From NCBI GenBank assembly GCA_913043225.1, contig CAJWLU010000004.1, forward strand, positions 32,001 through 96,000: a stretch of 64,000 nt of DNA, written 5' to 3'. The translations under genes were made by a program, and so were the position numbers. Shown here piece by piece: positions 49,548 through 59,677 of the stretch. Origin of the DNA: an uncultured Acidobacteriota bacterium. Its GTDB lineage: Bacteria; Acidobacteriota; Vicinamibacteria; Vicinamibacterales; UBA8438. The notes under the pieces are model-generated. The model did not search any database, was not told the DNA's origin, and worked only from the letters and a program-made list of their open reading frames with translations. Numbering within the stretch: position 1 is the stretch's first letter; every line of letters begins with the position of its first letter.

Positions 49548-51073
49548 GCTCCGTCGACCTGGTGGTGGTCGGCTCTGGATTCGCCGGTTCGATCCTGGCC
49601 CGTCTGGTGGCGCTATCCGGCCGTCAGGTGCTCCTCCTGGAACGAGACACACATCCTCGGTTCGCCCTCGGAGAGTCATCGACGCCCCTCGCCGCCCTCT
49701 GCCTTGAACGGCTGGCCGGCCGCCACGGCCAAGAGGACCTCGCCGCACTCGCCTCGTACGGGCGCTGGCGCCAGGCATTGCCAGCCCTCCGCTGTGGACT
49801 CAAGCGCGGATTCACCTTCTACCGGCAGCGGCCCGACGTCTCGTTCTCGAGCTCCGACAGCGAGTCCCGCCTCCTCGTGGCGGCCAGCCCGGACGACGAG
49901 GTCGCCGACTGCCACTGGATGCGCGCCGACGTCGACAAGGCGCTGGTAGACCGTGCGATTGACGCCGGCGTCCACTTTAAGGACCGGGCCGAGGTAATAG
50001 GTATCGATCGCCGCGCGAGCCTGATGGCCGTGGACGTGCAGACGCCCAAGGGTCGCGAGACGATCGGCGCGCGGTTCGTGGTAGACGGCACGGGCGGAGG
50101 ACCGCTGGCCCAGGTGCTTGGCGCCGGCCGGGGCCCATCGCTGCCATTCTCGAGTCACTTGATCTACGCGCACCTCGACGGCGTCGCGGAGTTCCAGGCC
50201 GCCGCCGCACTGCCCGATGGCCCGTATCCAGATGACCAGGCCGCCGTACATCATCTTCTCGATGAGGGATGGATCTATGCACTGCGGTTCGACAGCGGCC
50301 GCCTTAGCGCGGGCCTCCTCCTAGAGAATGCGCCGACGAGCACCTCGCCCGAAGACACCTGGCGGGCCACGCTCTCCCGCTATCCAACGTTGAGCGCGGC
50401 GTTCGCGCGAGCCCGACCCTACGGACCGGGTTTCCGGGCGGCCGGACCGCTCCAGCGGAGGCGACAGTATGCCGCCGGACCGGGCTGGGCGCTGCTCCCC
50501 CACAGCTATGCCTTCTTTGATCCATTCTTTTCAACCGGTCTTGCCTGGAGCCTACTCGGGGTTGAGCGGCTAGCCGATGCGCTGTGCGGTCCGGAACGTG
50601 AAACCGCACTTGGCCGGTACGCTGCGCTGCTCGCCGACGAGGCCGATCAGCAAGCCGCGCTGATCGCCGCGGCCTATAGCGCGAGGCGGGACATGGCACT
50701 GTTCCGGCCGCTCACATTTTTGTACTTCGCCTGTGTCAGCTATGCGGAAATGCGGCTGCGGCTTGGCCTCGTACCGAATGACAACGCCGCGGCCTGGCGC
50801 GGATTCCTCGGCGCTGGGCAGCCTCCCTGGCCATCTGTCTTCGCCGAAGCACGAACGCGCATCGAGCACGCGCGCGACGCCGCCGACGCCGCGTCCTTTA
50901 AAAAGTGGGTGCAGGCGGTCATCGATCCCTATAACCTCATCGGCCTCGGGGAAGACCCGTCGCACCTCTACGGCGTCCATCTTGACCGGCTTAGGGCCAG
51001 CCACGCCCGCCTGGGCCTCTCCCCCGCCGAACTAAAGGCTCGGCTCCCTCGGCTCCGGGGCGGCCAGCCATGA
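49544..51073 (+). CDS. Flavin-dependent halogenase-family oxidoreductase
   Basis: GSGFAG, HPRFALGES, LKRGFTF, RADVD, GWIYALRF, FFDPFFSTG; GTG start overlaps upstream TGA. Confidence 0.82.
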   Translation: MSSVDLVVVGSGFAGSILARLVALSGRQVLLLERDTHPRFALGESSTPLAALCLERLAGRHGQEDLAALASYGRWRQALPALRCGLKRGFTFYRQRPDVSFSSSDSESRLLVAASPDDEVADCHWMRADVDKALVDRAIDAGVHFKDRAEVIGIDRRASLMAVDVQTPKGRETIGARFVVDGTGGGPLAQVLGAGRGPSLPFSSHLIYAHLDGVAEFQAAAALPDGPYPDDQAAVHHLLDEGWIYALRFDSGRLSAGLLLENAPTSTSPEDTWRATLSRYPTLSAAFARARPYGPGFRAAGPLQRRRQYAAGPGWALLPHSYAFFDPFFSTGLAWSLLGVERLADALCGPERETALGRYAALLADEADQQAALIAAAYSARRDMALFRPLTFLYFACVSYAEMRLRLGLVPNDNAAAWRGFLGAGQPPWPSVFAEARTRIEHARDAADAASFKKWVQAVIDPYNLIGLGEDPSHLYGVHLDRLRASHARLGLSPAELKARLPRLRGGQP

Positions 51074-51169
51074 CCCGCCGCTTAGGCTTCCACGCGATGC
51101 CCCTGTTGGGCTGCACATCATTTCCATGTTAGAGTCCGAAGATATTTAAGGGCGTCCCGCATACGAGGC

Positions 51170-52051
51170 ATGCTGCCAAAGCGCTATACCTTCATCGTCG
51201 CTGACCGGTTATCCGGCTCCCTCCACCGCTTCACGGTGGCGGTGCGCCCGGTTGTCGCTATACTTGCCGCTATCCTGGCTGTCCCGATCGGCTGGACCGC
51301 GCACTCCCGCTGGTCGGCGGCAACCCATATCCAGCATCTGCAGCTCAGGAACGCCACCCTCGAACTCGAGAACGTCCGCTACCGCTCAGCGTCGGCGGAG
51401 CTGTCGAGCCGCATCGCCGCCCTGCAGCTGGCGCTCGGAGAGCTCCGCGACCAGTCCACTGTCGATCCGAGAGTCCGACGAGCCATGGGGCGTGTGTCTG
51501 AATCTTCCGAACCCCTCCGCTCCGTAGCACTCAGCACGCCCACCGAAACATTCAATCTCCTACAGGACCTGCTGAACATGCTTGACGCCGAGCTGGTCGT
51601 GGCGGAACAGAGTGTCGAAGCGCAGCAGGCGCTCGCCGCCGCGACCCCGTTCAACCTACCGTCTGATGGCCGGGTCACCGACCGCTTTGGGTATCGGATC
51701 GATCCGTTCACAGGCGAGCGCAGCTTCCACAGCGCGGTGGACATCTCGACCGGGTATGGCCAACCGGTCTACGCCACCGCCGACGGCACCGTGGTGTCGG
51801 CCGGGCGCAACGGCGCCTTCGGCAACCTGATCCGGATCGACCACGGATTCGGTCTCACCACTCGCTATGGCCACCTATCGGACTTTGCGACCACCGCCGG
51901 AGAAACCGTCGCTCGGGGCGACGTGATCGGCTACGCGGGCGCAACGGGCCGCGCCACCGGATCGCACGTGCACTACGAAGTGCTCGTCAATGGTCGCGCC
52001 ATGAACCCGCTGCAACTCGGCTCGCTGGCACGGTCCCAGTCGGCCAACTGA
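51170..52051 (+). CDS. M23 family metallopeptidase
   Basis: TM, coiled coil, FGYRIDPF, HSAVD, YGHL, TGSHVHYEV. Confidence 0.93.
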   Translation: MLPKRYTFIVADRLSGSLHRFTVAVRPVVAILAAILAVPIGWTAHSRWSAATHIQHLQLRNATLELENVRYRSASAELSSRIAALQLALGELRDQSTVDPRVRRAMGRVSESSEPLRSVALSTPTETFNLLQDLLNMLDAELVVAEQSVEAQQALAAATPFNLPSDGRVTDRFGYRIDPFTGERSFHSAVDISTGYGQPVYATADGTVVSAGRNGAFGNLIRIDHGFGLTTRYGHLSDFATTAGETVARGDVIGYAGATGRATGSHVHYEVLVNGRAMNPLQLGSLARSQSAN

Positions 52052-52093
52052 GCCCTCTCCGCACAGTGCCGTCCAGCCATCGCGTCAGCATTC

Positions 52094-52122
52094 TTGACGC
52101 GTCCTGGACCCTTTCTTAGAAT
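52094..52122 (+). promoter_or_regulatory. Sigma-70 promoter of secA-guaB
   Basis: TTGACG-N17-TAGAAT. Confidence 0.65.
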
Positions 52123-52219
52123 CGAGCTATACCCTGCGGATGGTCCTCTGTTCACCGCATCGCCGTAGTCACCTGCCCTCTCTTTCCCGGCGTCGGGCCG
52201 CCCCCCAGCCGGTTACCGT

Positions 52220-55114
52220 GTGATGCTGCAAAACGTCCTCAAGAAGGTCTTCGGCACCCAGAACGAGCGCGATCTAAAGAAGCTGCAGCCGATGGTCGCA
52301 GCCATCAACGACCGTGAGAGTGAAATTCAGGCGCTTAGCGATCACGAACTGCAGGAACAGACGGCACAGCTCCGGGTCAGAGCCCAGGATGGAGAGTCCC
52401 TCGACGACCTAATCGTCGATGCGTTCCCGGTAGTGCGAGAGGCCGGCTGGCGGGTCTTGAAGATGCGCCATTTCGACGTCCAGCTCATCGGCGGGATGGT
52501 GCTCCATCAGGGCAAAATCGCTGAGATGAAAACGGGCGAAGGCAAGACGCTCGTCGCCACGCTTGCCGCATATCTCAACGCGCTCAGCGGCAAAGGCGTA
52601 CACGTGGTCACCGTCAACGACTATCTGGCGCGCCGCGACGCCGAGTGGATGGGGCGACTCTATCGCTTCCTCGGCATGTCGGTCGGTGTCATCCAGCATG
52701 ACATGCGTGACGCCGACCGCCAGGCAGCCTACGCGGCCGACATCACCTACGGCACCAACAACGAATTCGGTTTCGACTATCTTCGCGACAACATGAAGTT
52801 CGACCTGTCGCAGTTCGTCCAACGTGGCCATAACTTCGCCATCGTGGACGAGGTCGACAGCATCCTGATCGACGAGGCGCGGACCCCGTTGATCATCTCG
52901 GGCCCCGCCGAGCAGTCGACCGACCTGTATTACGAGGTCGACCGCGTCATTCCTAAGCTCACGCCGGGGGCGGTGGTACAGGACAACATCAAGGCGGAGA
53001 ACCGTGAGGAGCTCGAAGCGACGGGCGACTACATCAAGGACGAGAAGGCGAAGACCGTCAGCCTGACCGAAACCGGCATGGCTAAGGCGGAGAAGATACT
53101 GTCGGGCCGCCTGAACCCGGGCGGTCTCTATGACCCGGCGAACATGCCGCTGCTCCACCACGTGAACCAGGCGCTCCGCGCGCACGCATTGTTCAAGCGC
53201 GACGTACAGTACATGGTCAAGGACGGCCAGGTAGTCATCGTTGACGAATTCACGGGACGCCTGATGCCTGGTCGACGCTGGAGCGACGGACTCCATCAGG
53301 CCGTGGAGGCGAAGGAGAAGGTCAAGATCGAGCGTGAGAACCAGACACTCGCCACGGTTACCTTCCAGAACTACTTCCGCAAGTACGACAAGCTGTCTGG
53401 AATGACGGGCACGGCGGACACCGAAGCGCCGGAGTTCGCCAAAATCTACAAACTCGACGTCATGGTGGCCCCCACGAACCGCGAGCTGATCCGGATAGAA
53501 GAACCAGACACCATCTATAAGACCGAGCGAGAGAAGTACGACGCCATCGTCGAGGATGTGCTCGAAAAGCAGCAGCAGGGGCGTCCGGTCCTGGTCGGAA
53601 CAATTTCGATCGAAAAGTCAGAAAAGCTCTCCGGACTACTCAAGCGCCGAGGCGTCAAGCACGTCGTGCTGAACGCGAAGTACCACGCGCAGGAGGCCGA
53701 GATCGTCGCCCAGGCAGGACAGAAGGGGACCGTCACCATCGCCACCAACATGGCTGGCCGTGGCACCGATATCCTCCTCGGGGGCAACGCCGAATTCATG
53801 GCACGACAACATGCCCTGGCCGAAGAGGTTGCCGACCGGCTCCCGAAGGAAGAGGCGAAGTTCGTCGACGACGAAGACTACGTCTACTTCTACCATCTGG
53901 ACCATTTTTACCGAGTGCCGCGCGACGCCTGGGAACAGATCTTCACTAGGTTCACCGACCAGACATCGGTCGAGCACAACGAGGTGGTCGCTGCGGGTGG
54001 CCTACACATCATCGCCACCGAGCGCCACGAGTCACGACGCATCGACAACCAGCTTCGAGGGCGCGCCGGTCGCCAAGGAGACCCAGGTTCATCCCGGTTC
54101 TACTTGGCCCTCGAAGACGACCTGATGCGGATCTTCGGCTCCGACCGGATCTCGGGTCTGATGGAGCGGTTAGGCATGGAAGAGGGCGTACCCATCGAAG
54201 CCGGGATGGTTACCAAGGCCATCGAGCGAGCCCAGAAACAGGTCGAGGCGCAGAACTTCTCCGTCCGCAAGCACCTCCTTGAGTACGACGACGTGATGAA
54301 TAAGCAGCGTGAGAACGTGTATACGCTGCGTCGCGAGCTCCTCGAGGGACACATCCACCTCAGCGACGAGGAGGAGGTCGACAGCCGTCAATATCTGATG
54401 ACGCTGGCCGAGGACCTGGTCGACGATGCGGTCGAAACCAGCTGCGGCAAGGACATAGACCCGGAAGAGTGGGACACTGGCGCGCTCAAACAGTCGGTCG
54501 GAGAACTCGCCGGTCTGTCGGCAGAAGAGCTCGATGAGATGGAGCTCGACGACAAGAGCCCAGATGAAATGCTCGACCTGCTCTGGGGCGCGGTCAAGAG
54601 TCGCTACGAGGAGAAAGAGCAGGCGGTCGAATCCGAAGTCCTACGGCGGGTCGAACGCGACGTTATGCTCCAGATCGTCGACGCTCAGTGGAAGGACCAT
54701 CTCTACAGCCTAGACCACCTCAAGGAAGGGATCAGCCTCAGGAGCTACGCACAGAAAGACCCTCTCGTAGAATACAAACGCGAGAGCTTCGCCTTGTTCC
54801 AGGGCATGAAGGATCGGATCGACACCGAGATGATCCGCTATCTCTGGCGACTTCGCCCGGTGGTCCAGGGCCAAGGCGACGAAATCCAGCGCCCCACCCA
54901 GCGGCCTCGGGCTCCGCTCACGCTGAACGACCCCGGTGCCACAGCGTCAGCCTTCGCCGGCGGCGGCGCCGCGGCGCGCGCACCTCAACCGGCGCGCACC
55001 GGCGGCGACGATGCCACGGTCAAGACTATCCGTCGAGATACCCCCAAAGTGGGGCGGAACGATCCCTGTCCATGCGGCAGCGGGAAGAAATATAAGAAAT
55101 GTCATGGGGCCTGA
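52220..55114 (+). CDS. secA: Preprotein translocase ATPase SecA
   Basis: [69 protein letters not shown]. Confidence 0.99.
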   Translation: MMLQNVLKKVFGTQNERDLKKLQPMVAAINDRESEIQALSDHELQEQTAQLRVRAQDGESLDDLIVDAFPVVREAGWRVLKMRHFDVQLIGGMVLHQGKIAEMKTGEGKTLVATLAAYLNALSGKGVHVVTVNDYLARRDAEWMGRLYRFLGMSVGVIQHDMRDADRQAAYAADITYGTNNEFGFDYLRDNMKFDLSQFVQRGHNFAIVDEVDSILIDEARTPLIISGPAEQSTDLYYEVDRVIPKLTPGAVVQDNIKAENREELEATGDYIKDEKAKTVSLTETGMAKAEKILSGRLNPGGLYDPANMPLLHHVNQALRAHALFKRDVQYMVKDGQVVIVDEFTGRLMPGRRWSDGLHQAVEAKEKVKIERENQTLATVTFQNYFRKYDKLSGMTGTADTEAPEFAKIYKLDVMVAPTNRELIRIEEPDTIYKTEREKYDAIVEDVLEKQQQGRPVLVGTISIEKSEKLSGLLKRRGVKHVVLNAKYHAQEAEIVAQAGQKGTVTIATNMAGRGTDILLGGNAEFMARQHALAEEVADRLPKEEAKFVDDEDYVYFYHLDHFYRVPRDAWEQIFTRFTDQTSVEHNEVVAAGGLHIIATERHESRRIDNQLRGRAGRQGDPGSSRFYLALEDDLMRIFGSDRISGLMERLGMEEGVPIEAGMVTKAIERAQKQVEAQNFSVRKHLLEYDDVMNKQRENVYTLRRELLEGHIHLSDEEEVDSRQYLMTLAEDLVDDAVETSCGKDIDPEEWDTGALKQSVGELAGLSAEELDEMELDDKSPDEMLDLLWGAVKSRYEEKEQAVESEVLRRVERDVMLQIVDAQWKDHLYSLDHLKEGISLRSYAQKDPLVEYKRESFALFQGMKDRIDTEMIRYLWRLRPVVQGQGDEIQRPTQRPRAPLTLNDPGATASAFAGGGAAARAPQPARTGGDDATVKTIRRDTPKVGRNDPCPCGSGKKYKKCHGA

Positions 55115-55115
55115 G

Positions 55116-56642
55116 ATGAGCGTGCAGACCGAAACCAGAGCGACTCGTTTCACGACAACGGACATCAGCGTCGCGCTGACCTTCGATGATGTCCTGCTGG
55201 TGCCACAGCACTCGGCCGTACTGCCGAGCGAGGTCGATATCTCGACCCGGGTAACGAGAAACATCTCGCTCAACGTCCCGATCATCAGCTCCGCAATGGA
55301 TACCGTGACCGAGTCTCGCCTGGCCATCGCCATGGCACAACTCGGGGGGATAGGCATTATCCACAAGAACCTCTCGATCGAGGAACAAGCCTCTGAGGTC
55401 GACCGCGTCAAGCGATCCGAGAGCGGCATGATCGTTAATCCGATCACGCTCTCTCCTACCGGCCGGATCTACGAGGCGCTCGAGTTAATGGAGAAGTATC
55501 GGATATCGGGCGTTCCCATCACCGCAGACGGCGGCACCGAGGGCAAGCTCGTTGGCATCCTGACCAATCGCGACCTCCGCTTCGAGGGCAACCTCGACCG
55601 TCCGATCGGCGACGTGATGACCCGAGAGAACCTCATCACCGTCCCCGTAGGGACGACACTCAGCGAGGCCGAACAGATCCTGCACACCCACCGGGTCGAG
55701 AAGCTGTTGGTCGTCGATCAGAACTTCATGTTGAAAGGCCTGATCACCGTTAAAGACATCCAGAAAATGATCACCTACCCCACCGCCTCCAAGGACGAAC
55801 TTGGGCGACTGCGGGTTGGCGCCGCAGTGGGAATAGCCAAGGACACCGAGGCGCGAGCCGAGGCGTTGATCGGCGCCGGCGTCGACCTGCTGGTGGTGGA
55901 TACCGCCCATGGTCACTCTGCCGGGGTCATGACAATAGTGCGGCAGCTACGGGACCGCTTCCCGAGCATCGACCTGGTCGCCGGGAACGTCGCCACCGAG
56001 GAGGGTACCGAGGCGCTTATCGACCTTGGCGTCGACGGGGTCAAGGTAGGGATCGGATCAGGGTCCATCTGCACCACCAGGATCATCGCCGGCATCGGCA
56101 TGCCGATGATCTCGGCGCTGGCCGAGTGCGCCAAAGCCTCCTCCCGCCACGGCGTACCGATCATCGCCGACGGCGGCGTGCGCTACTCCGGCGACATCAC
56201 CAAAGCGCTGGCCGTCGGAGCGAGCACCGTGATGATCGGCAGTCTGTTCGCTGGGACCGACGAGAGTCCGGGCGAAATGATTCTCTACCAGGGCCGCAGC
56301 TTCAAGGAGTATCGGGGCATGGGCTCGATCGGCGCAATGCGAGCCGGGAGTCGGGACCGGTATTTCCAGGAAGAATTCGACCTCGCCAGCACCGACGAGG
56401 CAGGCGAGAAGCTTGTTCCGGAAGGGATCGAAGGGCGGGTCCCGTACAAGGGCTCGGTCGGTGCCATGATCCACCAACTAGTCGGCGGCCTCCGCGCCGG
56501 CATGGGATATTGCGGATGCGGAAGCATCCCAGACCTACATCGAGACGCCCGCCTGGTACGTATCACGCCCGCCGGCATGCGCGAGAGCCATGTCCACGAC
56601 GTGGTGATCACCAAGGAAGCCCCGAACTACCGCTCTGAGTAG
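55116..56642 (+). CDS. guaB: IMP dehydrogenase
   Basis: [20 protein letters not shown] pair, [24 protein letters not shown]. Confidence 0.98.
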   Translation: MSVQTETRATRFTTTDISVALTFDDVLLVPQHSAVLPSEVDISTRVTRNISLNVPIISSAMDTVTESRLAIAMAQLGGIGIIHKNLSIEEQASEVDRVKRSESGMIVNPITLSPTGRIYEALELMEKYRISGVPITADGGTEGKLVGILTNRDLRFEGNLDRPIGDVMTRENLITVPVGTTLSEAEQILHTHRVEKLLVVDQNFMLKGLITVKDIQKMITYPTASKDELGRLRVGAAVGIAKDTEARAEALIGAGVDLLVVDTAHGHSAGVMTIVRQLRDRFPSIDLVAGNVATEEGTEALIDLGVDGVKVGIGSGSICTTRIIAGIGMPMISALAECAKASSRHGVPIIADGGVRYSGDITKALAVGASTVMIGSLFAGTDESPGEMILYQGRSFKEYRGMGSIGAMRAGSRDRYFQEEFDLASTDEAGEKLVPEGIEGRVPYKGSVGAMIHQLVGGLRAGMGYCGCGSIPDLHRDARLVRITPAGMRESHVHDVVITKEAPNYRSE

Positions 56643-56683
56643 GACCCCACCGGCTCTACAGTTTAGGCAGCTTCGCTTAAGCG

Positions 56684-57121
56684 TTACGCAACTTCTGGCC
56701 GCTGCGGAGTACCTGAGACGGTTAGTTCTCGCTCCTCTTCGCCGACCACCGTCATCCTGACCGTCACCGCTCCGGGCGGCGGTTCGCGCCACCGCTCCGC
56801 CCACTCCACGCAAACGACCGCCCCTTGCTCGCTGAGCTCGTCGAGTCCCAGGTCGTCGACCTCATCAGGCCCGAGACGGTACAGGTCCACGTGCTGGAGC
56901 CTAGCGTCGCCGTACTCCTGTATGACGACGAAGGTCGGACTGCTGACCTCGTTCGGGTCTAGTCCTCGCCCGCTTGCTACCCCGCGCACGAACGCGGTCT
57001 TGCCGGCACCAAGCTCGCCATGCAGCAGAATGACGGTCCCAGCCGCAAGCTCCCGCGCTAGCTCGGCCGCGACGCGCTCGGTCTCGGCCTCCGATCTGGT
57101 CACATGCCGCCCCGCCCTCAT
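56684..57121 (-). CDS. tsaE: tRNA t6A biosynthesis ATPase TsaE
   Basis: GELGAGKT, VSSPTF, HVDLYRL, VEW. Confidence 0.95.
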   Translation of the reverse strand: MRAGRHVTRSEAETERVAAELARELAAGTVILLHGELGAGKTAFVRGVASGRGLDPNEVSSPTFVVIQEYGDARLQHVDLYRLGPDEVDDLGLDELSEQGAVVCVEWAERWREPPPGAVTVRMTVVGEEERELTVSGTPQRPEVA

Positions 57122-58683
57122 CTCTCCGGCTCCGACGCCAGTGTTAACCCGACAGCCGCCGGCCCTAGCGCGAGCAACAGATCGCTCGCGATCATGCCCA
57201 CCTCGCCCTGTTCATCAGCAGCAAGATCGCCTGCGGCGCCGTGAAGATACACCCCCAGCGCACAAGCCGTTTCCAGGTCACCGGTTTGCGCTATCCAGGC
57301 CGCGATCACACCAGTCAACACGTCGCCGGTACCGCCCGTCGCCATCCCGGGATTACCCGTCACGTTGATCCACACTCGACCGTAAGGTGTCGCCACCACC
57401 GTCCGCGCCCCTTTGAGCACCACGAAGATGCCGGCATCGGCCGCCAGCCGCCTGGCCACTCCAAGTCGATCCGCCTGCACATCCTCCACCGAGGCTCCTA
57501 TCAGTCGTGCCATCTCACCCGGATGCGGAGTGATCACTAGCGGCCGGGAAACCGGACGCCGAAGCCAACCGTCGCCCAGTGCGTTCAACCCGTCCGCGTC
57601 TAGCACTAACGGTACGTCAGTGACCTCCAGGACCTGCTCGACGAATGCACTAACGTCGGCGGATTGCCCCAAGCCCGGACCCAGCGCGATCACGTCGGCT
57701 CGCGTACTAGCGACGGCTTGCGCCGCCGCCGGGTGCACAGTCCCGGCCTCGGTGTCGGCCAATCCGAGTGTCATGTAGTCCGGTACGTGAGCGGCCACCC
57801 CTCCCTGACAGACGCGAGGAATTCCCACCGTAACCAGCCCTGCGCCCGACCGGAGGGCGCCCATTGCTGCCAGCACGGCCGCCCCGGTCGTCCCCACCGC
57901 TCCCCCCACCACTAGCACCCGTCCATAATCGCCCTTATGGACCTCGTCCGGACGTGGACTTATCTGCGAGGCCGCCCACTCTTGCGTAATAGCGGCACAC
58001 TCTGGGCCGTCAAGCGCCTCGAGCACCGCGTCGGGAATCCCAATATCGGCCACCATCAGGTCCCCAGCGTGCGCAGCCGCAGGCGGCACCAGAAGGGCAA
58101 CTTTCACCGCCCCCAGTGCTACCGTCAGGGTCGCCTCGATCGCTTCGCCGAACGGCACTCCTTCATCGGCCGAAAGCCCGGAGGGTAGGTCGATCGCAAC
58201 GATCGGGACGCCGGATAGGTTGAGGTCCTCCACCATCGCCCGTGGATACCCCTCGAGCGGTCTCGTCACTCCGGCACCGAAGAGCGCGTCGACCAGGAGG
58301 TCGCAACCGAGCAATCTGCTACGGCTCGCCTCCCAGGCGTCGAGTGTTGGTGCGTCGACGACCGCGACGTCGCTCCCATCGAGCGCCGTCAGGAACGCTC
58401 TCGCATCGCCAGAGACCTCGTCTCGGGGCGCGGCGACACAGACCGTGACTCTGCCGCCCCTCTCGGCCAGCATCCTGGCCACGACGAATCCATCACCACC
58501 GTTGTTCCCCTTACCGCACACCACCGTGATCCTGCGTCCGACCAACGTGGTGGGCAGCTGCTCTTCCATCGCCGCCACGACCTCCCGACCGGCGTTCTCC
58601 ATCAATACGGCCGAGGAAATCCCCAACTCCGCGATGGCTCGACGCTCAGCCTCCCGCATCTGTGCCCCGGTCAATATCCGCAT
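57118..58683 (-). CDS. nnr: Bifunctional NAD(P)HX epimerase/dehydratase
   Basis: LMENAG, CGKGNNGGDG, DLPSG, HKGDYG, TPHPGE, MATGGTGDVL. Confidence 0.95.
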   Translation of the reverse strand: MRILTGAQMREAERRAIAELGISSAVLMENAGREVVAAMEEQLPTTLVGRRITVVCGKGNNGGDGFVVARMLAERGGRVTVCVAAPRDEVSGDARAFLTALDGSDVAVVDAPTLDAWEASRSRLLGCDLLVDALFGAGVTRPLEGYPRAMVEDLNLSGVPIVAIDLPSGLSADEGVPFGEAIEATLTVALGAVKVALLVPPAAAHAGDLMVADIGIPDAVLEALDGPECAAITQEWAASQISPRPDEVHKGDYGRVLVVGGAVGTTGAAVLAAMGALRSGAGLVTVGIPRVCQGGVAAHVPDYMTLGLADTEAGTVHPAAAQAVASTRADVIALGPGLGQSADVSAFVEQVLEVTDVPLVLDADGLNALGDGWLRRPVSRPLVITPHPGEMARLIGASVEDVQADRLGVARRLAADAGIFVVLKGARTVVATPYGRVWINVTGNPGMATGGTGDVLTGVIAAWIAQTGDLETACALGVYLHGAAGDLAADEQGEVGMIASDLLLALGPAAVGLTLASEPER

Positions 58684-58786
58684 CTGGTCCGTCCTCCTAG
58701 CGGCCAGCGGACCGCAGGATGCGGTATATGCTACTTTGCTGGGTGCGCTCGGTGAGCGATCGCGCTCAACCACGGACGGCACGCTC

Positions 58787-59677
58787 ATGTACCCAGTTCC
58801 CGCCACCGTCAACATAGACGGACGAATCACCGACGCCGCCCACGCTACGGTGTCGGTCTTCGACCACGGTTTCCTGTTCGGTGACGGCGTCTACGAGACC
58901 ATCCGCACCTACAACCGGATGCCGTTCTTGTTGCCTCCGCATCTGAACCGCCTGCGCGCCTCCGCGGCCAGACTCTCACTGGCAATTCCGCCCGACGACG
59001 GCGAACTCGTCCGACGTCTGAGCGACACGATGGCCAAGGTTAATGTTGAGGGCGAGGTCACACTGCGCATGCTGGTGACCCGAGGAGTCGGACCACTGAG
59101 CTACGACCCGGCGGCCTGCCCGACCCCGACCGTCGTCATCATCGCGCTCCCCCACCAGGCTCCGTCTCCCAAGGTCCACCGTGACGGCGTTCGCGTCGTC
59201 GTCGCCGGCGTGCTCCGGAACCACCCCCGCAGCGTTGACCCCAGCATCAAGTCGAACAACCTACTCAACAACGTGCTGGCGATGCAGGAGGCGATCCGGC
59301 GAGACGCTTACGAGGCGATCCTGCTGAACCACCGCGGCGAGCTGACCGAGTGCGCGCAGTCGAATCTGTTCGCGGTCCGCGATGGGATCGTGGTAACCCC
59401 TCCGCTCGACGCCGGCCTCCTCGAAGGCGTGACTCGGAACTTCTTGTTCGAGATGGGCGCCGACCTCGGGATAGAGGTTCGCGAAAAGGTGCTGCGGGAA
59501 GCCGACCTCTCGTCGGTCGATGAGCTGTTTCTAACCAGCACCACCCGTGAGGTGGTCCCAATCGTAGAGGTGGGCGATGTCCGCATCGGCTCGGGCCGCC
59601 CGGGCCGGGTCACCGCACGGCTACTGAGCCGGTTCCGTGAACGCGCCAACACTCTGACCCGGGCAGCCGCCGGCTAA
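58787..59677 (+). CDS. Class IV aminotransferase (branched-chain / D-amino-acid type)
   Basis: DHGFLFGDGVYET, H..RL..SA, IKS.N.L, LLEGVTR, FLTST. Confidence 0.92.
   Translation: MYPVPATVNIDGRITDAAHATVSVFDHGFLFGDGVYETIRTYNRMPFLLPPHLNRLRASAARLSLAIPPDDGELVRRLSDTMAKVNVEGEVTLRMLVTRGVGPLSYDPAACPTPTVVIIALPHQAPSPKVHRDGVRVVVAGVLRNHPRSVDPSIKSNNLLNNVLAMQEAIRRDAYEAILLNHRGELTECAQSNLFAVRDGIVVTPPLDAGLLEGVTRNFLFEMGADLGIEVREKVLREADLSSVDELFLTSTTREVVPIVEVGDVRIGSGRPGRVTARLLSRFRERANTLTRAAAG

Noticed and set aside
47559..49778. 739-aa minus-strand ORF
   Set aside because: Antisense shadow of the AsnB-like, radical SAM and halogenase genes; no recognisable motifs; long shadow ORFs are expected at high GC
47162..51169. 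Lasso peptide or other RiPP cluster interpretation
   Set aside because: No precursor peptide, RRE/PqqD or transglutaminase-like leader peptidase in or beside the operon
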